A stretch of 34,165 nt of DNA from Candidatus Aenigmatarchaeota archaeon. GTDB lineage: Archaea; Aenigmatarchaeota; Aenigmatarchaeia; QMZP01. This document shows, one piece after another, positions 27,486 to 34,165 of the stretch (the stretch's first letter is position 1; each line of letters begins with the position of its first letter). A program made the position numbers and the translations under genes. Below the pieces are notes generated by a model, which was given only the letters and a program-made list of their open reading frames with translations, did not search any database and was not told the origin of the DNA. Where the stretch lies: assembly GCA_043824495.1 (NCBI GenBank), contig JBDRSV010000019.1:1-34165 (forward strand), given 5' to 3'.

Positions 27486-28448
27486 CTACTCTTTCTTTTT
27501 ATAGATCGTATAAACACCAAGACCCACTATTGCAGGAGGTAGTTGTCCTAATAAGAACGCTATAAGAGATGCTAAAACTCCAACATTGAGTGGCAGTCCT
27601 ATGGTCGTTAAAAGTAAAGCAAAAACACCTTCTCTAACACCAAGACCCGATGCTGTTATTGGAACTAATCCAACTAGAGTTCCCATCGCTATGAAAAGTG
27701 TTGCATGAACAAATCCTACATTATATCCCATTGCATTAAGTATCAAAGTTGTTTGTAAACCAACACTGAGCCATACAAGAATTGAAAATAACAAAACAGG
27801 CGTGAAATTTTTGAGTTTCTTTATTTGCCTAAAAGGGTCGTAGAAATTTTCTGTTGTGCTATCCAAATCTACTTCTTTTGTTTCTTTTAATAATCTTTTA
27901 ATGAAAGATAATTTAGATATACCTATACGAGCTATTTTTTTGAATATTCGTTCATTGAGAACTACAAAAACTGCTACTAGTAAAACGGCAATGGATATTG
28001 CTACCATGATAACATTAGAAAAGCTGGTGAAGATGAATATTACACCGATCACGGACATAGCTACAATAATAAGAATGTCAAATATTCTGTCAGCTAAGGA
28101 AAGAGAAAGAGCTCTACTCGTACGTATTTTGTAGTACTTCTTCAGATAATGAAACTTGACCAGGTTTCCTATCTTGGACGGTGTTATTGTACCGAAGAAA
28201 AATCCTATCATGAATATTCTCATTATCTGACCAAAAGGAACTTTAACTGAAGAAGCTGTTAAAACATATTTCCATCTAAGGAATCTGAAAGACATTGTAA
28301 AGAATGTGATACCAAAAGCTGCCAGAACTAGATAAGGATTTAGTGTGAATAACACATTGACAGCTTCTTGCAGTCCTGCAAAAAAGAGTAATACTACGAG
28401 TATTACTATTCCTATTGAAAATTTTAACATCATATTTTTTGGTATCAT
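27486..28448 (-). CDS. UPF0104 / LPG-synthase-TM family membrane protein (putative flippase, AglD2-like)
   Basis: RFLRWKYVL, GFFFGTITPSKIG, DRIFD, VPITASGLGVREG; multiple TM segments. Confidence 0.88.
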   Translation of the reverse strand: MIPKNMMLKFSIGIVILVVLLFFAGLQEAVNVLFTLNPYLVLAAFGITFFTMSFRFLRWKYVLTASSVKVPFGQIMRIFMIGFFFGTITPSKIGNLVKFHYLKKYYKIRTSRALSLSLADRIFDILIIVAMSVIGVIFIFTSFSNVIMVAISIAVLLVAVFVVLNERIFKKIARIGISKLSFIKRLLKETKEVDLDSTTENFYDPFRQIKKLKNFTPVLLFSILVWLSVGLQTTLILNAMGYNVGFVHATLFIAMGTLVGLVPITASGLGVREGVFALLLTTIGLPLNVGVLASLIAFLLGQLPPAIVGLGVYTIYKKKE

Positions 28449-28459
28449 TAACACACCAT

Positions 28460-29569
28460 TTATTTTATTGCATCTTCGTAAATTCTTTTTAGTTTCTTAT
28501 TTCTTTCTTTTATTGAAAAGCGTCCAGTTTCAACTTCCCTTCTTCCAGCACTTCCCATTTTTGTTCTCAGCTGTTTATCTTCGATTAACTTGGATAATTT
28601 ATTTACCATATCTTTAACTATTTTAGGCTTGTCTTCATATTCAGCATACTTGGAAAACTTTTCCCAACTATCCCAAGCGAACAGGTAATTTTTCCCGTAC
28701 CAAGAGAAATCACTGACATCAACCATGAGACCCGCATTTTTAATTATTTCTGGGATAGCAAATGTGTTTGCAGCTAATATAGGAATTTTGTAACTCATGG
28801 CCTCTAAGAACACCATTCCAAAAGTATCCATATAAGAAGGCAATACAAAAACATCTGCAACAGAATAGAATTTTTCCAGTAAAGTTTTTCTTGGTATTGT
28901 AGGCTCGTGGAATATTATATTTTTATCTTTTTTGTATTTGTCTCTAACTTCTTTTGGTACATGGCTCACAATCGTGAGTTTGAAATCATGTTTCTTTTTT
29001 AGTTTATCATAAGCTTCTAGTAATTCCTTTCCTCCTTTGGTGTAAAATCTTACACTGACAAACAATAGATTTGTATCTCCGTGCTTCTTCTTTTTGAAAT
29101 CCAAAGGTTTCATTGCAGGATACACAGTTTCTATTTTATCTTTGAACCCTCGCGTGTCCAATCCGTTAATTATGGATTGTTTTCCTGCATCTGACCATGT
29201 CATCACCTTTCTACAATAATCTGATCTTAGAAGTTTCTCAACATGAGGCCTTACCTTTTCTAATCTTCCTGCCTCAAAACCGACAAAAGAAGACACATGT
29301 TCTGTGTCTATTACCCATGGATAATTATTCTTTATCATTATTCCTGAACAAGCGTGTATTAGATCTGATCCCTGTGGATTCACAAAAATTTCATGTGGTC
29401 TTTTCAGGACTTTAACATATGTCGTGAATATTTTTTTCTTTATTTTATCAGTTGACCTGGATTTGGATTCTGTAACAAAATTAGGCAGAATATATTCCAC
29501 ACCTTCGGGTGGATATTTTACTAGGTCATCATAGACACTATGGTGACCTTTTCTCAACAGGATCTTCAT
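28460..29569 (-). CDS. Glycosyltransferase family 4 (GT-B)
   Basis: LLFVS.RFYTKG, ADVFVLPSYMDTFGMVFLEAM...PIL.AN..AIPEII. Confidence 0.92.
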   Translation of the reverse strand: MKILLRKGHHSVYDDLVKYPPEGVEYILPNFVTESKSRSTDKIKKKIFTTYVKVLKRPHEIFVNPQGSDLIHACSGIMIKNNYPWVIDTEHVSSFVGFEAGRLEKVRPHVEKLLRSDYCRKVMTWSDAGKQSIINGLDTRGFKDKIETVYPAMKPLDFKKKKHGDTNLLFVSVRFYTKGGKELLEAYDKLKKKHDFKLTIVSHVPKEVRDKYKKDKNIIFHEPTIPRKTLLEKFYSVADVFVLPSYMDTFGMVFLEAMSYKIPILAANTFAIPEIIKNAGLMVDVSDFSWYGKNYLFAWDSWEKFSKYAEYEDKPKIVKDMVNKLSKLIEDKQLRTKMGSAGRREVETGRFSIKERNKKLKRIYEDAIK

Positions 29570-29570
29570 A

Positions 29571-30182
29571 TTATTCTCCGAGTCTTGCTTTTATTATCAT
29601 ATTTTCTCCTAACGTTGCAGGAGTTATAGATAAAGGTAATGCAAGCTTACCCTTCAGGTAAATACCATTAGATTTCTTTTCAGTTATAATAAATCCTTCT
29701 CTTCTTAGTGCTTCAACAACAATAGGAATACTATAATCAGAATAGTGTGCACTTTGTGCTATACTAGGATCTCCTGGGTACCAGAATCTGTAGAAATCAG
29801 CCATTGCTACATTGATAGGAAATTTGCCAAAAAGTAATTTCAATCTGTTTTTTAGACATGCTATGTTTGGTGTCGTAAGTATGAGATTTCCTTCCTTCTT
29901 CAATACTCTAGAAATTTCTTTGACAAAATCATGAGGACTATTCATGTGTTCTATTATTTCACATGCTATTATATTGTCTATTGATTTCGAGGGGAAAGGT
30001 AAGCCATCATTTAAATTCCAAACAAAGTCTGCTTTCTTAACATCAATTTTGATGCTATCTTTGAGTATATAATTTGAGTGACCTGATCCTATTTCGAGTA
30101 CATCTCCTTTCAAATTTCTTGCTACTTCCTTGACTATTCTATGTCTATTTTCTTGACCATATTCGACCCATTCAGCCATCAT
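29571..30182 (-). CDS. Class I SAM-dependent methyltransferase (type 11-like)
   Basis: VLEIGSG, LPF...SIDNI.A.EIIEH...P..F.KEI.RVLK.EG.LILTTPN. Confidence 0.88.
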   Translation of the reverse strand: MMAEWVEYGQENRHRIVKEVARNLKGDVLEIGSGHSNYILKDSIKIDVKKADFVWNLNDGLPFPSKSIDNIIACEIIEHMNSPHDFVKEISRVLKKEGNLILTTPNIACLKNRLKLLFGKFPINVAMADFYRFWYPGDPSIAQSAHYSDYSIPIVVEALRREGFIITEKKSNGIYLKGKLALPLSITPATLGENMIIKARLGE

Positions 30183-30823
30183 TTCACCTTCTTTGCAACA
30201 AAAATAAGATTGTCTCCTTTTAGTATTTCTTTATTCTTTGGTCTTAAAAGAGGATAGAGGACAACGTATGCTATCTTTGATACGATCTTCTTTATACCAG
30301 AACCAGGTATATCCAAATAGTGATTTGTTCTAACATCAATTAATTTGAATCCAACTCTTCTGAAAATATCTTCTATTTCCCAATATGGCACTGCATTGAT
30401 ATGACCAAATTTAGAGTCTCTTTCAGCTTTACTGAAACAAAAAAATTCTCCGGTAATCAAGAATTTTATTCTAGAAAATATACTTGTAATGTTTGGTGTT
30501 GTTGTAACGAACAATCCACCGTCTTTTAGAATTCTTGAACATTCTCTAATCGCATGGTTCGGGTTTTCTAAGTGTTCTATGACTTCGGTTAGTAAAACGT
30601 AATCGAATTGTTTATCTTTATATGGAAAATTTTTGTTAAGGTTTGCTTGTGTGAATTTTGTTTTAGCTTTGAACACTTTCTCATCTATATCACAAGAATG
30701 AACAATATGTCCCAAGTCAGCGAGAGCTGAAGATAATTTACCATCACCTGCACCTGCATCTAACAATTTCCCGATTTTCTTTTTTTCAAATATTTCAACT
30801 AGTTTTCTATGCATTGGTTCCAT
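30179..30823 (-). CDS. Class I SAM-dependent methyltransferase (type 11-like)
   Basis: LLDAGAGDG, FPY...QFDYV..TEVIEHLENP...RILK.GG.FV.TTPN. ATG 30823 preferred over the track start 30889, which overlaps the upstream GT4. Confidence 0.9.
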   Translation of the reverse strand: MEPMHRKLVEIFEKKKIGKLLDAGAGDGKLSSALADLGHIVHSCDIDEKVFKAKTKFTQANLNKNFPYKDKQFDYVLLTEVIEHLENPNHAIRECSRILKDGGLFVTTTPNITSIFSRIKFLITGEFFCFSKAERDSKFGHINAVPYWEIEDIFRRVGFKLIDVRTNHYLDIPGSGIKKIVSKIAYVVLYPLLRPKNKEILKGDNLIFVAKKVK

Positions 30824-30827
30824 ACAA

Positions 30828-31823
30828 TCACATGAATCCCACAGTCTTGTAAAGTTTTTTGTATTTATCTTTAACAACGGTATAATCAAAACTCTTTGAT
30901 ATTGTCTTTGATTCCTTGGTATTTTTTGATATGAGTTTAGGTTTGCTCATATAGGTTTTTATATTTTTTGCCAGTTCTTCAGAATCTGTCTTCTTGTGGA
31001 ATAGAGCACATTCACTAAAAATATTGAATGTTTTGGAGTTAGGAAGACATAGAGGAAGTCCTGTTGCTGCTGCTTCATATACGGCTAAACCAAAGCTCTC
31101 ATAATCAGAAGAGTTTACAAAAATTGTTGCTGCATCCAAAGCTTCTAAATATTCTTTACCGTTTAATTGCCCTGCTAAAACAACATTCTTTTTTCCCAAC
31201 AATTCTTGTGAAGGAAGATACCAATCAAAACCATCGCTTTTCCATGTTTTCTTTAGATCTTGTTTTTTATATGGTCCTATGAAAACTGCTTTTATTCCGG
31301 CTTTCTCACACGCATCTGCAATTACTAAAGGATTTTTCAATGGTCTTATACCCACAGCTAAAACAAATGGTTCTTTTCCTAGTCCGTGTTTTTTCCTGAA
31401 CCTTTCTCCACCACTAGGTTTTGAGAAGAAATCATAATCAACCGCAGCTGGTATTATAACTATTTTATTTTTCTTTATTCCAGCTTTTATTAAATTCTGT
31501 TTTCCGTATTCGGTCTGAGCTATTATTTTATCATATCTATTGAAAGCGTATCTTCTTATCAAACGTGTAATTTTTTGCATTCCTATCGTATCATTGTGGG
31601 GAGAGTAAATAGATTTTTTAGCGAATATAGAAGTTAGTTCTGGAAATGGGAAACCACGACCATGAGCATGAACATCCTTTCTCCAAATAGTCTTAATGAT
31701 AGATAATTTAGACATTTCTTTCACTGAAATCATTTCTCCTCCAGCTACATCTTTGCCTATAGAAACGAAGTCTTCTTTTCTTGTCTGACAAACAATTGGA
31801 TACGCCCATGAGAGGTGTTTCAT
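30828..31823 (-). CDS. Glycosyltransferase family 4 (GT-B, short N-terminal domain)
   Basis: KN...I..A, IFVNSSDYESFGLAVYEAAA.G.P; AGGTGA RBS. Confidence 0.88.
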   Translation of the reverse strand: MKHLSWAYPIVCQTRKEDFVSIGKDVAGGEMISVKEMSKLSIIKTIWRKDVHAHGRGFPFPELTSIFAKKSIYSPHNDTIGMQKITRLIRRYAFNRYDKIIAQTEYGKQNLIKAGIKKNKIVIIPAAVDYDFFSKPSGGERFRKKHGLGKEPFVLAVGIRPLKNPLVIADACEKAGIKAVFIGPYKKQDLKKTWKSDGFDWYLPSQELLGKKNVVLAGQLNGKEYLEALDAATIFVNSSDYESFGLAVYEAAATGLPLCLPNSKTFNIFSECALFHKKTDSEELAKNIKTYMSKPKLISKNTKESKTISKSFDYTVVKDKYKKLYKTVGFM

Positions 31824-31949
31824 AGGATCACCTATACAGGGGCTTGTCTTTTGTACTTAAATCTTAATGCCCTACTCTGCGCCATATTATAAGTGGATAT
31901 GGAACAGATTGGGTAATAAACTTATTTAAAGGGAGGGCAATTATAGGCT

Positions 31950-33461
31950 ATGTCACTCAAAAAAGAGATTGCAGGAAGCAATGTTCTATTCACAACAGGA
32001 AATATCATAGCAACTATAATAGCATTTGTAACAAGCATAATCCTAGCTAGATTTCTCGGACCTGAGGGATTTGGTTTATACTCAATGGCTATTGTGGTCA
32101 CATCTTTCTTTATTGTATTCACTGATCTTGTTGTAGGTTCTTCTATAACACGCTTTACATCATTTTTCTCAAGTCAAAAAGAATACGGTAAAATAAAAAA
32201 TCTAACATTCCTATTACTAAAATACAGAGTAGTAATAACATTTATCATAGCTTTCCTTTTAGCCGCTTTTCCTACATGGATAGCCACAAACATATTCAAC
32301 AAGCCTGGAGTTGAATTCGTAGTTTTATTCTCGGGTATTATACTCTTCTTGAACAGCTTCACTGAATTCTTTGTAGCTTTTTTCAATGGTGTAGGCAATT
32401 TCAAGAACATTATCGGTATTAGGATCATAGAAAGAATTTCTAAATTCATTTTCCCTGTCACTTTCATATTTTTAGGATTGGGATACATAGGAGCCATTTA
32501 TGGTTTAATTGCTTCTGGAATAATAGGTATTTTAGTTGTAGTCATCATGCTTAGAAAATATATGTACATTTTCGCTTCGAAAAAATTAAAGATAAATAAA
32601 AAGGAAGTGTACAGATTTGGTTTTTGGTCATTCGTATCGTCTGTAACCATAATAATTTTCACAATGATTGATTCTTTTATGATCACCATTATGAGATCGA
32701 TTCCTGAAATCGGTTTCTACAGAATTGCAACAACATGGACATATGCTATAACAACTCTTATCCCAATATCCGGATTTGTTATGTATAGTTATTTTTCACG
32801 TAAACAAACAAAGGAGAGTGTATCCACAATATTCTCGAGTTCGATTTTCTATTCATCTATCATAATATTCCCTTTAGCATTTCTCCTGTCTAGATTTTCA
32901 GGTCCAATAATAAACGTTTTTTATGGAGACGGTTATTCTGCATCATCAAATGTTCTTACCATATTAGGATTCATTGCAATTCCTTTGGTTCTAGGATCAA
33001 TTGTTAGTTCATATTTCTCTGGTATCAATAGACCAGACATAACAACAAAAATCGTTACTATATCTCTCGTGCTCAATGTGATTCTGAATTATTTTTTCAT
33101 TATAAATTATGGTATTGTAGGAGCTGCTATAGCAACTCTAATTTCATTAACATTTGAAATAATTCTGATGTTTGCTGTGATAATTCACATGAAAGACGCA
33201 GAAGTCAAATATTCCCATCTTTACAAACCTCTAATTGCATCAGGGGTAGTTTACTATATTTTTGGATTCATTTATGTTTCAGGTCTAATAGAACTTATTG
33301 TGTATGGTATTTTGAGTATGGTTGTATATTTCCTTATCATGATAGGGATAAAAGGTATCAAAAAAACTGAAATAGAAGAAGTGCGTACATTTTTGTACAA
33401 TATCAAGTTTAAATTTTTTAGAGGGAAACAATCCGATAGACAAGAATATACTAAACTATAA
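31950..33461 (+). CDS. Oligosaccharide flippase (Wzx/AglR-like, MOP superfamily)
   Basis: LARFLGPEGFGLYS, ~12-14 TM segments, IGFYRIA, LNVILN...I..YGIVGAAIAT. Confidence 0.92.
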   Translation: MSLKKEIAGSNVLFTTGNIIATIIAFVTSIILARFLGPEGFGLYSMAIVVTSFFIVFTDLVVGSSITRFTSFFSSQKEYGKIKNLTFLLLKYRVVITFIIAFLLAAFPTWIATNIFNKPGVEFVVLFSGIILFLNSFTEFFVAFFNGVGNFKNIIGIRIIERISKFIFPVTFIFLGLGYIGAIYGLIASGIIGILVVVIMLRKYMYIFASKKLKINKKEVYRFGFWSFVSSVTIIIFTMIDSFMITIMRSIPEIGFYRIATTWTYAITTLIPISGFVMYSYFSRKQTKESVSTIFSSSIFYSSIIIFPLAFLLSRFSGPIINVFYGDGYSASSNVLTILGFIAIPLVLGSIVSSYFSGINRPDITTKIVTISLVLNVILNYFFIINYGIVGAAIATLISLTFEIILMFAVIIHMKDAEVKYSHLYKPLIASGVVYYIFGFIYVSGLIELIVYGILSMVVYFLIMIGIKGIKKTEIEEVRTFLYNIKFKFFRGKQSDRQEYTKL

Positions 33462-33499
33462 AAAATAGAGAAAGGGTTTTAAATTTATAGGAACAATTA

Positions 33500-34165
33500 A
33501 TGGTTAACATGAAAATAGCATTAATACATCCACGATACAATCGTGGTGGAGCAGAGCCACTTGGTCTTCTTTACATAGCTGCTGTACTAAGACAGCATGG
33601 ATATAAGGATCCTAAAGATTTTGCTTATTTTGATGGTAGTTATGTTACTTCCCCTCAAGTTACTATAAATCAATTAAAAGAATACAAGCCCGATATACTC
33701 TGCTTTACAACCCAAACAATATACATGGAAGATTGCCAAGTTATAGCAAACTGGTTCCGAGAATTCAACCCGAAAGGTCTCGTAATCGCGGGCGGGCCTC
33801 ACGCTACGATACGACCTAAGGAGACATTGGAGGTTTTTGCGGACATTGTTATCATAGGAGAAGGGGAGTTCACAATGCCAGAAGTTCTCACGAACTTAGA
33901 TAAGCTTGAGAAGATAAAGGGTGTTGGTTTCAAGTCAACGGATGGAATTATAATAAATCCGCCTAGAGAACCCATACAGGATTTGGATATTGTTCCTTTC
34001 CCTGCAAGAGACCTCATGGAACAGAGATTCTTTGATATTGGAGAGCTCACTGTTGTGGGAAGTCGAGGATGTCCTTTCAAGTGTTCATATTGTCAAGATA
34101 CTCTAAACCAACTGTTCGGTCTTAAATTTAGACAAAGAAGCCCACAGAATGTCGCAGAGGAATTA
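33500..34165 (+). CDS. Second cobalamin-binding radical SAM enzyme (partial; runs off the right edge)
   Basis: Not in the ORF track because it has no stop in the window. Manual translation: (MVN)MKIALIHP...EPLGLLYIAAVL...GGPHAT...IGEGE...DLDIVPFPARD...GSRGCPFKCSYC...RSPQNVAEEL. TTTTAAAT TATA-like box near 33477. Confidence 0.92.
   Translation, partial: MVNMKIALIHPRYNRGGAEPLGLLYIAAVLRQHGYKDPKDFAYFDGSYVTSPQVTINQLKEYKPDILCFTTQTIYMEDCQVIANWFREFNPKGLVIAGGPHATIRPKETLEVFADIVIIGEGEFTMPEVLTNLDKLEKIKGVGFKSTDGIIINPPREPIQDLDIVPFPARDLMEQRFFDIGELTVVGSRGCPFKCSYCQDTLNQLFGLKFRQRSPQNVAEEL

Larger units (their letters stand above)
11549..34165. other. Surface glycan (N-glycan / cell-envelope polysaccharide) biosynthesis locus, continuing beyond the window
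   Basis: Over 20 contiguous sugar-pathway genes in five to six alternating transcription units. Confidence 0.9.

Noticed and set aside
31922-34080. Minus-strand ORFs at 31922-32122, 32174-32497, 32498-32689 and 33799-34080
   Set aside because: Antisense to the flippase and the partial B12 radical SAM.
1-34165. CRISPR arrays, transposases, rRNA, intact integrases, recoded stop codons
   Set aside because: None seen; all recognised genes are uninterrupted and TGA/TAA/TAG act as normal stops.

Overview
AT-rich archaeal chromosomal window with GGTGA/GGAG ribosome-binding sites and BRE+TATA promoters. The gene content (thermosome, rpoF, rpl21e, pus10, class III signal-peptide pilins) and a tRNA-Ile(UAU) suggest a DPANN lineage, possibly Aenigmarchaeota-like; this taxonomy is inference. 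Bases 1-11.0 kb hold housekeeping genes (thermosome, MazG-like NTP pyrophosphohydrolase, pus10-rpl21e-rpoF-DUF655-CBS, a GGR-family flavoprotein), three archaeal type IV pilin-like genes, three unannotated coiled-coil proteins, a 28-aa membrane microprotein missed by the ORF track and a GC-rich structured RNA candidate. From 11.5 kb to the right edge is a surface-glycan locus of more than 22 kb. It contains WbpB/D/E-like enzymes, a UDP-sugar dehydrogenase, two nucleotidyltransferases, two SDRs, a WbuC cupin, three DegT aminotransferases, a GNAT, an ArnC-like GT2, an ArnT/PMT-like GT-C, two flippase types, two GT4s, two class I methyltransferases, one SPASM/twitch radical SAM and two cobalamin-dependent radical SAM enzymes. 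The best candidates for something undescribed are (1) an Arn-like lipid-phosphate amino-sugar donor/GT-C module, (2) B12-dependent radical tailoring of surface glycans, (3) the rare tRNA-Ile(UAU) and (4) the ~65-nt structured RNA. All functional calls come from motif reading, not database searches.
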